DNA of 64,000 nucleotides, taken from positions 1,725-65,724 of IMG/VR virus record IMGVR_UViG_3300020578_000064. One strand, written 5' to 3'. The notes below the pieces were generated by a model. It was not told where the DNA came from. It was given only the letters and a program-made list of their open reading frames with translations, and searched no databases. Position 1 is the first letter of the stretch. Each line of letters opens with the position of its first letter. This document shows, one piece after another, positions 38,005 through 47,405 of the stretch. The translations under genes and the position numbers were made by a program. The stretch comes from a virus. Taxonomy: Duplodnaviria; Caudoviricetes.

Positions 38005-39345
38005 ATGCCGAACTTCCTGGCAGGCCTATCGAGTTCGACCTCGCAGAGCGCGCTGAACGCCGCTGGGTCCGCATTCGGCGTGGGTAACGTCGGGAGCATC
38101 GCGGGCGCCGGCGCCGGCGCGGTGACCGCCCTGAGCAACTCGAGCTCGCAGTCGCTGACCAACGCGGGCTTCAACGCCGCGATCGCGCTGACCAGCGGCT
38201 CGTCCCTCGGGACAGTGGCCTCCGGAGCACTCACGAGCCTCACCGGCGTCAGCTTCGGCCCGCTCGGCGGGATCGTCGACGGCCTGCTCGGCGGCGGGTC
38301 GACCGGCACTAAGCCGATCGCCCTCCACACGGAGTTCGCGGCCGGCCCGGCCGAGATGGGCAGGGCGTACGGCGAGCAGGACCTGGTCTTCTACCTGCTG
38401 AGAGCCGACCAGGGCGCGGCGTCCGCCGAGACGAAGATCGAGGACAAGCAGGCCGCCGCCGGCGGCGGGCAGCTCGGGACCCTCGGGACGCTGGCGTCGG
38501 TCGCCACCGCGGCCGGGGCGATCACCGGCAACGCGATCGTCCAGAACGTCGCGACCGGCCTCGCGTTCGCCAAGGCGGCGACCGGGCTGTTCGGCGGCGG
38601 CGCCGGGGGAGCCGCGGCCGCGCTGGCGGGCGGCGGCGGCGGCGGGCCGGGCAACATCGCCGCGAAGGACATCCAGAACTCTGACCTCTCGTCGGTCATC
38701 CCGACGGAGTGGTACTTCATCACGCCGCCGCAGGACGTGAGCTGGTCCAAGGACTCGAAGAACGGGCTCGTGGAGACCTACGGCACCAACGCGCCGTACG
38801 TCACCTACGGGTCGACCGGCCTACGAAAGCTCTCCCTCGGCAACGCGATGATCGAGGGCTTCTCCAACGGCAAGATGGTCGAGGGCAACGTGACCGCGCT
38901 CGAGGTGGCCATGAACATGGTCCTGCAGAACGGCTACACCGCGCCGTACTGCTGGAAGCTGTACTGCGGCCCGACGAAGGAGTACGGGACGTTCATCATC
39001 TCCTCCGTGAAGGTGAAGGAGGCGATGAGGGACATGGCCGGCTACGCCACGAGGGCGTTCGTCGACGTGGACCTGATCGAGGTCCCGTCGTACCAGGTGG
39101 CCGGCGGGATCGACCTGGCCAGCGGCAGCACGCTCGGGGCCGGCCTGTCGTCCGCGGCGAAGGCCGCGTCGGCGAACAGCGCGTCGTCGCAGAACGCGGC
39201 GGCGGCCGGCGCGGCGGCGCCAAATCCCGCTAGCTCCAGCACGGCGGCCACGGCCGCGGCGGCGAACAAGCCGGCGGCGGCGGCCCCGAGGCCATCGGCG
39301 CTGCCGGGGCAGGGGGGCGTCCCCAACATCGCGACAGGACAGTAG
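38005..39345 (+). CDS. tail tube-initiator/baseplate-like protein with Gly/Ala-rich arms
   Basis: PQDVSWSK...YVTYGSTGLRKLSL...FIISSVKVKE..RD..G..TRAFVDVDLIE pattern; adjacent to the tape measure gene. Confidence 0.55.
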   Translation: MPNFLAGLSSSTSQSALNAAGSAFGVGNVGSIAGAGAGAVTALSNSSSQSLTNAGFNAAIALTSGSSLGTVASGALTSLTGVSFGPLGGIVDGLLGGGSTGTKPIALHTEFAAGPAEMGRAYGEQDLVFYLLRADQGAASAETKIEDKQAAAGGGQLGTLGTLASVATAAGAITGNAIVQNVATGLAFAKAATGLFGGGAGGAAAALAGGGGGGPGNIAAKDIQNSDLSSVIPTEWYFITPPQDVSWSKDSKNGLVETYGTNAPYVTYGSTGLRKLSLGNAMIEGFSNGKMVEGNVTALEVAMNMVLQNGYTAPYCWKLYCGPTKEYGTFIISSVKVKEAMRDMAGYATRAFVDVDLIEVPSYQVAGGIDLASGSTLGAGLSSAAKAASANSASSQNAAAAGAAAPNPASSSTAATAAAANKPAAAAPRPSALPGQGGVPNIATGQ

Positions 39346-39357
39346 GGGCGCTGAGCA

Positions 39358-42300
39358 ATGGCTGACAAGGAGATCAGATTAGTTGGGTCGTTTAAGGACG
39401 ACATCACGCCGAAGCTGGCCAGGCTGTCGAGGGAGATCGACGCGCTGACGAAGAGCTTCACGAAGATGCAGGGCAAGCTGCGCCCGATCGCCCGCGACCT
39501 CGGCGTCATGGCGATGGCCTCCCAGCGCCTCGGCGACGGGCTCAAGTCGCAGCGCACCGGGTTTGAGACCAACATCCGGGCGATGCAGCAGTACCGCTCC
39601 GAGATGGGCAAGGTCTCACGCGCGCAGCGAGCCATCAAGCCGACGGCGCTGCCAGCGCCGAGGATGCCCCGCGGCGGCGGTGGCGGTGGCGCGGCCCCCA
39701 GGGTCAGAGGCGGCGGCGGGGGCGGAGCCGGCATCGGCGAGATCGCGATCGGCAGCGCCATCGGCGGCGTGATGACGAGCGCCATCGTCGCCGGCTTCCA
39801 GACCGGCGTGCAGCTGATGTCGAAGCCGTTCGAGATGTTCGGGCGGGCGTTCGCCGAGCGCGTCGGCGACGAGATGGAGGACATCAAGTCCGCCGGCGGC
39901 ATGTTCGCGCTCGACAAGAAGTCGAAGACGCCGCTGTTCTCGTCCTTCGAGGACGCGATGACGATGCAGGAGGGCTTGAACAGGTCCCTCGCGAAGTCCG
40001 CCGCGGCGCTGCCAGGCGCGACGAACGACTATGTGCGGGCGGCCAGGGGCCTGACCGACACGGTGATGGGCGCGTTCGGCAAGAACGAGGAGGCCTTCAA
40101 GAAGTTCGCGACCGAGCTCGGGGCCAAGGAGGGCGCGACGTCCGAGGAGGCGATCACGAAGGTCCTCCAGCGCTTCACCGAGCAGACGGTGCTGCTGGGC
40201 CAGGGCCAGACGGGCGGCATGCCGCTGACGATGCTCATGGAGCAGCTCGTCACGCGCGAGTCCGTCAGCATCTCGGCGATGCAGGCCCGCTACGCGCAGC
40301 TCAGGAGCAACCCGCTCCTGGCCAACATGCTGCAGGACGCGGAGAAGGAGATCAACGCGAGCGCCGCCGGCACCGCCGAGCGCTTCAAGGCGGTGATGAA
40401 GGCGCTGGACAACGCGCTGCCGCAGGAGGTCGTTAACAAGATGCGCCGGTCGGTCAGCGGACTGATCGAGGCGACCCGCTCCGCGTTTCTCGACCCAGAC
40501 ACCGGCCTGTTCGGCCTGTCTCGCGAGCTCGACGTGACGGTGCCGAAGGTCGACCAGTTCGGCCGGTACCTGAACGCACAGGGCAAGGTAGTCCCGCTGG
40601 TCAGCCAGGCCGTGCAGGAGAACACGTCCCTCTTCAAGATCATGAAGGAGACGCTGGCGAACTTCGCCGTGCCGATCCTCGAGCTGCTCGGGGTGCTGCC
40701 CCAGATCTTCGACCCGTTCAGGCAGATAGCCGAGCAGTTCCGCGAGCTGAGGGAGGTCTCCAACCGCTTCTACCTGGCCTTCAACACGTACACCAACGGC
40801 TTCGAGGATCAGGCGAATAGCTTCTTCGACGCGGCGGCCAAGACCACCGACCCGCAGATCAAGACCAAGCTCGAGAGGCAGGCCAACCTGCTGAAGGAGC
40901 AGGCCAGCGGCCGGGGCGCGCTCGGCGCCCTCAACAAGGCGATGCTCGACTTCGGCGAGATCAGCCAGAAGGAGTACGCAAAGAACGTCAAGGAGCTCAC
41001 CGACTTTGACCCGAAGGCGATCGAGAAGTTCGGCGAAAAGGGCATGGCCGAGATGGCCAAGCGCCTGCTGACCTCGCTCGTCAACTCCGACATGGTGGCC
41101 GCGATCGTCGAGACCATCGGTGCAGCGCTCGGCGCGGCCGTCGACACGCTCTTCACGGCGATCGACAACATGCTCGGTGGCATCGAGAGCAAGACGGGCA
41201 GCAAGCTGATCGACGCCTTCGGCCGCGGCTTCAGCAAGATCATCACGCCCGAGCGGGCCGCCCAGATCGGCCAGATCATCGAGCGGCTGATGCAGAAGCT
41301 GTTCAACATGGCGGGCGACGTCCTCATCAACAAGGTCATCCCGGCCATCGGCAGGGGCATCCTGATGGGCATCCAGGCAGCGTGGAACGCCGGCCCGCTC
41401 GGCAAGTTCCTCGTGGTCGTGGGTGTCCTCGGCACGTTCCAGAAGGCCGTGCTCGCGGCCCAGGCCGCCCTGCAGACGATGGCGGCCGTGAGGGCGATGC
41501 CGGGCGGGGCAGCCGCGTCGCTCACCGGGGGCATGATGGGGCCCGGGCGCATGAAGGGACGCCCGCAGGTCCTCGCCCGCCGAGGGATGGAGAAGGGGCG
41601 CAACCTGCTCGCAGCCGCCACGAAGGCACCCGCCGGCTCGGTGGCCGGCCTAGCGCAGGCGGGCGGGGCGACCGGCAAGGCGATAAACCTGTTCGGCGGC
41701 GCGGCGGCCAAGAACTTCATGGCCGGGCTCAAGGCGGTCGGGCCGAAGCTGCTCGCCTTCGGCGGCGTCCTGGCCGGCATCATCGCGCTATTCGAGGGCA
41801 AGGGCATCGCGGGCGCGCTGGCCGCGGGCCTCGGGGCCGCCGGCGGCTCCGCGATCGGCGCCGCCATCGGCACCGTCATCTTCCCCGGTATCGGCACCGC
41901 GCTCGGAGCGGCCATCGGGGGCTGGGTCGGCACGATGGAGGTGTTCACGCGGCCGCTGACCGACGTGTTCTCCGCGATCGGCGACACGCTAGGCCCGACG
42001 CTGCAGGGCCTCGGCGATACCTTGGGGTCGATCCTCAGCTCGCTCTGGCAGGCTTTCAGCGCGTTCTTCCCGTCTATCGGCGGCGCGACCAACGCCATGG
42101 ACGGCGTTACGGCGACCATCATCGCGATCAAGATCGTCCTCACGCCGATCGTCGCGGCCTTCCAGCTACTCGAGCAGGTCGTCAACGTCCTCCTCGTCGC
42201 CTTCCGCGGGCTGGAGACCGGCATCATCGGTTTGAGGCTGTTGCTGGCCAAGGCGAACCCGTTCGGCGATAAGCAGGCGCAGGCCCAGCTCGAGAAGGAG

Positions 42301-43266
42301 TACCAGGCGTCGCTGAAGCGGACGAACGAGGCGGTCAGCAGGTTCGGCAAGGCGTTCGAGCGCCACAAGAAGTACTACGAGACCAAGCCCGCCGGCGCAC
42401 CCACTACCACCAAGCCCGCCGGCACGCCCACTACCGCCAAGCCCGCCGCAGCCGCCCCCAGGATGGCGGACATCCGCGGGAGCGCGACGCCAGGCAGCGC
42501 CACGCCCGCCGGCGCGCAGACGTCCCTGCCCCAGCAGATCCAGCAGACCCTGACCAACCTCGACGTGGCGATGCTGCCCGTCCAGAAGTGGTTCCAGAAC
42601 CTGCCGTACAACCTGGGCATGGCGATCGGCTCGTCGATCGCTTCGATGCAGGTCGCGATTGCGAATTTGAAGAACTGGTTTTTCTCGCTGGGGCCACAGA
42701 TAGGGCAGGGAACAAACAAGGCGATGGCATCGATCAGGGCGTCGATAGCGAGCTTCTCGGCCTGGCTCGGGAACCCCGCGTCCTGGGCAACACTGTGGAC
42801 CAACATAAAGGCGGGCTTCACGAACGGCCTGAGCCAGATCGCCAGCTTCCTGCGGGGCTTTATCAGTAATTTCATGTCCGGCCTCCGCGCCGGTCAGGCG
42901 ACCGGGGCGAAGCCGCCTGCCGCCAAGCCTAAGTATGATGGGAAGGGCCGCTCCATGCCGCTCTACCAGGCCATCGCCACAGAGATGAAGCACAAGCCTC
43001 CCGGCTCTTCGCTCGTCATCGCCAACTCCTCCGAGAGGGTCATCCCGGCGTACAGCGGCTACGGCTACCGCGAGATGGACATGTCGACACTCAGGGCCGC
43101 GTCCGCCGCAGGCGGGTACGGCGGCTCGAGCTTCGACGTGAGCAGGGTCGAGGTCACAGTCGTGGACAACACGGGCAATATAGCCTCGGTGGCCGACCAG
43201 GTCGCCGAGGTGTTCCTCACCCAGATGTACAAGGCGTCGCTCTCCGTCGACGGCCGCGCAGGATAA
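39358..43266 (+). CDS. tape measure protein
   Basis: 1302 aa, Ala/Gly-rich and helical, with GAAIGTVIFPGIGTALGAAIGG hydrophobic segments and periodic W/F near the C-terminus. Confidence 0.8.
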   Translation: MADKEIRLVGSFKDDITPKLARLSREIDALTKSFTKMQGKLRPIARDLGVMAMASQRLGDGLKSQRTGFETNIRAMQQYRSEMGKVSRAQRAIKPTALPAPRMPRGGGGGGAAPRVRGGGGGGAGIGEIAIGSAIGGVMTSAIVAGFQTGVQLMSKPFEMFGRAFAERVGDEMEDIKSAGGMFALDKKSKTPLFSSFEDAMTMQEGLNRSLAKSAAALPGATNDYVRAARGLTDTVMGAFGKNEEAFKKFATELGAKEGATSEEAITKVLQRFTEQTVLLGQGQTGGMPLTMLMEQLVTRESVSISAMQARYAQLRSNPLLANMLQDAEKEINASAAGTAERFKAVMKALDNALPQEVVNKMRRSVSGLIEATRSAFLDPDTGLFGLSRELDVTVPKVDQFGRYLNAQGKVVPLVSQAVQENTSLFKIMKETLANFAVPILELLGVLPQIFDPFRQIAEQFRELREVSNRFYLAFNTYTNGFEDQANSFFDAAAKTTDPQIKTKLERQANLLKEQASGRGALGALNKAMLDFGEISQKEYAKNVKELTDFDPKAIEKFGEKGMAEMAKRLLTSLVNSDMVAAIVETIGAALGAAVDTLFTAIDNMLGGIESKTGSKLIDAFGRGFSKIITPERAAQIGQIIERLMQKLFNMAGDVLINKVIPAIGRGILMGIQAAWNAGPLGKFLVVVGVLGTFQKAVLAAQAALQTMAAVRAMPGGAAASLTGGMMGPGRMKGRPQVLARRGMEKGRNLLAAATKAPAGSVAGLAQAGGATGKAINLFGGAAAKNFMAGLKAVGPKLLAFGGVLAGIIALFEGKGIAGALAAGLGAAGGSAIGAAIGTVIFPGIGTALGAAIGGWVGTMEVFTRPLTDVFSAIGDTLGPTLQGLGDTLGSILSSLWQAFSAFFPSIGGATNAMDGVTATIIAIKIVLTPIVAAFQLLEQVVNVLLVAFRGLETGIIGLRLLLAKANPFGDKQAQAQLEKEYQASLKRTNEAVSRFGKAFERHKKYYETKPAGAPTTTKPAGTPTTAKPAAAAPRMADIRGSATPGSATPAGAQTSLPQQIQQTLTNLDVAMLPVQKWFQNLPYNLGMAIGSSIASMQVAIANLKNWFFSLGPQIGQGTNKAMASIRASIASFSAWLGNPASWATLWTNIKAGFTNGLSQIASFLRGFISNFMSGLRAGQATGAKPPAAKPKYDGKGRSMPLYQAIATEMKHKPPGSSLVIANSSERVIPAYSGYGYREMDMSTLRAASAAGGYGGSSFDVSRVEVTVVDNTGNIASVADQVAEVFLTQMYKASLSVDGRAG
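42382..42450 (+). repeat. 27-nt tandem repeat (about 2.5 copies) encoding TKPAGxPT[TA]
   Basis: ACCAAGCCCGCCGGCGCACCCACTACC / ACCAAGCCCGCCGGCACGCCCACTACC / GCCAAGCCCGCC. Confidence 0.75.
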
Positions 43267-43269
43267 GAC

Positions 43270-44574
43270 ATGTCGATCACGCCAGGCCTCCTGATCCAGC
43301 CGTTCGTCTGGGTCAAGTGGGGCGACACGGACCTCACGCAGTACCCCGTCGGCAGCGGCCTCGAGCCCGTCGTCCACAACGTCTCCATCTCCATCCCGGA
43401 GAAGGAGAGCGTCCCCACGTGCGAGTTCTCCTTCTCGCCCAACCCGCCGGGCTTCGCCGCGTTCCAGAAGTGCGTGACGGCCGACAAGGACAAGCCGATC
43501 ACGGTCACCATCGGGTACCAGGGCGGCGAGGAGTTCAAGATGAAGTTCTTCTTCACCGGCCTGACCTTCTCCACCGGCATCGACACGTCGGCGAGGGTGT
43601 TCCTCACGGTCGCCACCAAGGGCGCGTGGACCGACAACCGCATCTCCTTCACGATGACCGAGAAGGAGAAGACCACGCTGACCGCCTTCCCGGACTTCCT
43701 CAAGAAGAAGATCGGCGACGCGGGCAAGGACATCAAGATCGAGTTCGCCGGCCAGCTGAAGGACGACGCGGGCAAGATCGAGGTGCAGCTCAACGTCATC
43801 CAGCAGACCCCGATGCAGATCATCGAGGGGCTGGCGAGGGCGATGGGCTTCGTGATCTCGAACGGCGACGCGGTCATGGAGGGCGGCCCGATCGTCCTGA
43901 GCTACTCGCCGAACTACGACCCGGACAAGAAGAAGGACGCGCCGATCGTGCTCGGGAAGGCCGGGGCGCCCAAGCCGGCCGAGCGCAAGTGCTACATCCT
44001 CGGGCCGAACCTCGTCGAGACGTTCGCCCGCGAGATGAAGTTCACGACGAGCATCTCGGGCTTCGACATCGGCAAGTCGTTCAAGGAGCCGACGTCGTTC
44101 GACTCCGACAGCAAGGACATCCTCGACACCAAGACCGAGGCGGCGAAGAAGAAGACCGAGGGCACCAACAAGCAGGGCACCACGGGCAACGCCACCGGCA
44201 AGACGCCGGCGCAGAAGGGCACGAAGAAGACGGCCGGGGTCGAGAAGGAGGCGCGCTCGAAGAAGGACCAGATCGGCAACATCAAGGCGAGCGCCGACTT
44301 CTTCATGGTCCCGTACGTCGTCGGCATCAAGCCGAGGGACTTCATCGCCGTGCCGTCGCTCACCTTCCCGTGCCTCTACGTCGAGGACTGGGTGGTCGAG
44401 CAGGTGACCTACACCCAGGGCGACGACGGCCAGGTCCGCGTGAGCGTCGAGTGCACGCGCGAGTTCATCGGCACCGAGAACATGATGGACAAGAAGGCGG
44501 TCGACGAGGTCAAGAAGATCGCCGACTCCCTCCAGGCCACGTCCGCGTGGCAGTCGATGTACTGGGCCGCCTGA
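43270..44574 (+). CDS. putative baseplate hub protein
   Basis: Follows the tape measure gene; beta-rich, ITVTIGY, GIKPRD...WVVEQVTY pattern. Confidence 0.5.
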   Translation: MSITPGLLIQPFVWVKWGDTDLTQYPVGSGLEPVVHNVSISIPEKESVPTCEFSFSPNPPGFAAFQKCVTADKDKPITVTIGYQGGEEFKMKFFFTGLTFSTGIDTSARVFLTVATKGAWTDNRISFTMTEKEKTTLTAFPDFLKKKIGDAGKDIKIEFAGQLKDDAGKIEVQLNVIQQTPMQIIEGLARAMGFVISNGDAVMEGGPIVLSYSPNYDPDKKKDAPIVLGKAGAPKPAERKCYILGPNLVETFAREMKFTTSISGFDIGKSFKEPTSFDSDSKDILDTKTEAAKKKTEGTNKQGTTGNATGKTPAQKGTKKTAGVEKEARSKKDQIGNIKASADFFMVPYVVGIKPRDFIAVPSLTFPCLYVEDWVVEQVTYTQGDDGQVRVSVECTREFIGTENMMDKKAVDEVKKIADSLQATSAWQSMYWAA

Positions 44575-44579
44575 CCGGG

Positions 44580-44606
44580 CTCACCGTGGGGGTCCGCCGC
44601 TATGAT
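44580..44606 (+). promoter_or_regulatory. putative early/middle promoter CTCACC-N15-TATGAT
   Basis: Same architecture at 50319-50345 (CTCACC-N15-TACAAT); both lie just after a stop codon. Confidence 0.45.
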
Positions 44607-44666
44607 GGTCTCGAGCGCCACCGGCAACAGGGCCGGAAGTAGAGCGCTCTACACGAGAGACCAAAC

Positions 44667-45632
44667 GTGAAGAACGTCAAGATCAATGTAGCGCTGGACG
44701 AGCGCAACCGCGCGCGCCTCGAGACCAAGTCGTACGACCGGGCCTACGTGGACGTGCCGAACCGCGCGCTGCCCGCGGCCCTCAAAGAGGAGCTGGAAGT
44801 CATCCACGAGGCACTGACCGGCAACGAGCTCCCCGAGGAGGGCAGCACGTTCACCGTCCGCGCGGACGCCGCCGGCACCTTCAAGCGGCTCTACAGCCCG
44901 ACCGTCTTCTCCACCGAGGAGAAGGGGCTGATCATCCGCTGGGGCACCGACGACATCCCCCTGGCCGTGACCAACGGCAAGATCGGCGCGCCGACCGCCG
45001 ACAAGAAGGCGAAGTTCGCCTTCAAGGAGGAGCAGATCGGCAAGTACGGCGAGACCGTGCTCTCCGTGAGCATCGCCAAGGACGGCACCCTCTACACGAT
45101 GCCCTTCCCCGTGAAGGCGGCCGACTGGGAGGCGGGCGTCAGCCCTGACGTGCTCGACGTCCTGCTGGACGAGAACCCCGACGCCATCGCCGAGCAGATC
45201 GCGGTGGCCGGCGACCCGACCAAGCGCGGCGAGGGCAGCGGCCCGCGCCTGCAGGGGCACATCATCAAGGTCAGCGAGCTGCCCATCGGCAGCTACACCG
45301 TGACCGGCTACAAGTCCCGCGAGACCTCCTACGGCATCGACTACATGATCCAGGCCATGGTCGAGGAGCCATTCGTGGCCACGACCCGCGTCAAGGACGA
45401 GGCGACCGAGGAGTGGGGCGACGCCGAGGTCGAGGTGAGCGGCTTCGCCATCGTGAAGCCCAACACCCAGCTCAAGAAGCTGCTGGCCGCAGAGCCGATC
45501 ATCGACGAGACCAACCCCGCGACCCTGGCCGTGCTCGACCACGGCGAGTGGAACGGCTACAAGACCGCGAAGGTGAGCCTCAAGTGCACCGCCTTCAAGC
45601 AAGACGACGGCTCGTTCGACATCGACTTCTGA
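44667..45632 (+). CDS. probable highly expressed protein, possibly ssDNA-binding
   Basis: Strong codon bias, own promoter and terminator, acidic aromatic tail DDGSFDIDF. The SSB role is inference. Confidence 0.5.
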   Translation: MKNVKINVALDERNRARLETKSYDRAYVDVPNRALPAALKEELEVIHEALTGNELPEEGSTFTVRADAAGTFKRLYSPTVFSTEEKGLIIRWGTDDIPLAVTNGKIGAPTADKKAKFAFKEEQIGKYGETVLSVSIAKDGTLYTMPFPVKAADWEAGVSPDVLDVLLDENPDAIAEQIAVAGDPTKRGEGSGPRLQGHIIKVSELPIGSYTVTGYKSRETSYGIDYMIQAMVEEPFVATTRVKDEATEEWGDAEVEVSGFAIVKPNTQLKKLLAAEPIIDETNPATLAVLDHGEWNGYKTAKVSLKCTAFKQDDGSFDIDF

Positions 45633-45651
45633 TCCCGGACAGTCTGACACC

Positions 45652-45680
45652 GAGGGGCCGCGCGCCCCTCTTTTCTTTTT
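45652..45680 (+). terminator. intrinsic terminator
   Basis: GAGGGGC-CGCGC-GCCCCTC followed by TTTTCTTTTT. Confidence 0.8.
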
Positions 45681-45687
45681 CCAAGCA

Positions 45688-47151
45688 ATGCCGCACAGGA
45701 TAGTCATACTCGGGTCGGGGACAGCCGGCGCCGTAGCGGCCTCGTACATCAAGTCGTACTGGGGTGACGCGGTCGAGGTCACGCAGATCTACGATCACAA
45801 CAGGCCGTGCATCGGCGTGGGCGAGAGCACCACGCCCCACATCTTCCATTTCCTCCAGCGCGTCGGGCTGACGTTCGAGGACCTGGTGAAGGGCACCAGC
45901 TCCACGGTGAAGCTCGGGATCAGATTCAAGGACTGGCTCGGGGACGGCGCCTCCTACTATCACAACTTCCTGCAGGGCGAGGGGCGTTACGACGACATGT
46001 CGTCGGAGTTCGCGTCCGAGGTCGCCGCCGGGTCAGACGAGGGCCTGACATTTCAGGACTGGCGGGTGGCCGAGGAGAACATGGTGCCGCACTCCTGCTA
46101 CAAGGACGCCAACTTCGCCGCGCACCTTGACTCCCAGGAGTTCAGCCGCTTCGTCGAGCGGTGGATGGGGGACTCGATCCGGGTGATCGACGGGGTCGTC
46201 GAGCACGTCTCAGTCGAGGGAGGGGAGATCAAGAGCCTGCGCCTGGCGGACGGGTCGATCGTGACCGCCGACTTCTTCCTGGACGCGTCCGGCCTGGCGA
46301 GGACCCTGATCGGCCGGCTGGACGGCGGGTGGGCCGACAGATCGGACTACCTGCCCGTCGACCGGGCGATCCCGAACCCGGTGCCGCACTCCAAGAGCAC
46401 GTACGAGCCGTACACGCTGGCCGAGGCGACCAGGCACGGGTGGATCTGGCAGGTCCCGCTGCAGCACAGGTACGGCACGGGTTACGTGTACTCCTCCAAG
46501 TTCACGAGCGACGACGAGGCCAGGGCCGACTTCTCCGGCTGGCTAGAGCGCAACCACGGCGTCGGCCTGACCTCGGACAGGCTGATCGAGTTCGGCTGCG
46601 GATACTACGAGCGCCCATGGTCCGGCAACTGCCTGGCCGTGGGGCTCGCCGCGGGATTCGTCGAGCCGCTGGAGTCGACGAGCATCCACATCACCACGAT
46701 GCAGCTCGACCACTTCTGCGCCAGGTACACGCTGCGCAACCTCAAGTACGACCGCGACAACTATAACAGGCACTTCGCGGCGGTCTGGGCGGACACGTGC
46801 GACTTCATCAGGTTCCACTACCACACGCGCCGCCGCGACTCGCCGTTCTGGCGGCACATAGCCGACACGACGCCCGAGTGGCTGTCCGACATGGCCGAGA
46901 AGCTCTCGTCGGACGTCGTCAACAAGTACCACTTCAGGGCCAACCTGATGGTCTTCTCCGAGATCAACTGGTGCCCGGTGGCGCTTGGGCTCGGCCTATG
47001 CGACCGGGGCGCCGCGCGGCGGTACCTGGATCTGCGGGGGATAGCGGCCCACGCCGAGCGCGAGCGCTCGAGAAAGAGCGTCGTGAGAGAGCTCGACAGG
47101 GCCGTAGCGCGCGATCACGGCGAGTTCATCTCGTTCCTCAGGGGGCGCTAG
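45688..47151 (+). CDS. second flavin-dependent halogenase
   Basis: ILGSGTAG, IGVGESTT, STVKLGIRF, GWIWQVPLQHRYGTGYVYSS, FVEPLESTS. Confidence 0.9.
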   Translation: MPHRIVILGSGTAGAVAASYIKSYWGDAVEVTQIYDHNRPCIGVGESTTPHIFHFLQRVGLTFEDLVKGTSSTVKLGIRFKDWLGDGASYYHNFLQGEGRYDDMSSEFASEVAAGSDEGLTFQDWRVAEENMVPHSCYKDANFAAHLDSQEFSRFVERWMGDSIRVIDGVVEHVSVEGGEIKSLRLADGSIVTADFFLDASGLARTLIGRLDGGWADRSDYLPVDRAIPNPVPHSKSTYEPYTLAEATRHGWIWQVPLQHRYGTGYVYSSKFTSDDEARADFSGWLERNHGVGLTSDRLIEFGCGYYERPWSGNCLAVGLAAGFVEPLESTSIHITTMQLDHFCARYTLRNLKYDRDNYNRHFAAVWADTCDFIRFHYHTRRRDSPFWRHIADTTPEWLSDMAEKLSSDVVNKYHFRANLMVFSEINWCPVALGLGLCDRGAARRYLDLRGIAAHAERERSRKSVVRELDRAVARDHGEFISFLRGR

Positions 47152-47153
47152 CC

Positions 47154-47405
47154 GTGTTCAACGCGTGGTACGTGGCGGCGCTCATCATCGCCTCGTTTGC
47201 CGTCCTCTACCCGGAGGACGCCGCCAACCTGCTCCAGCTGGTGGCCCTGGCGCCGAGGCTGCTCAAACTGTGGCTCTCCCAGAGGCTGATGATGGCCAGG
47301 CTCTGGCCGAGGCTGGCGCTGGACGGCTTCCTCATGAGGCGGAGGATGTCGCGGCTCAACCGGCGCCATAATAACAACGAAACAACCAACACGAAGGACA
47401 ACTGA
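47154..47405 (+). CDS. small membrane protein
   Basis: GTG start; hydrophobic N-terminal half; TGATG coupling to the next gene. Confidence 0.45.
   Translation: MFNAWYVAALIIASFAVLYPEDAANLLQLVALAPRLLKLWLSQRLMMARLWPRLALDGFLMRRRMSRLNRRHNNNETTNTKDN

Noticed and set aside
38005-39360. Expected tail-assembly-chaperone frameshift upstream of the tape measure gene
   Set aside because: The upstream gene is not chaperone-like and no slippery heptamer was found near its end.
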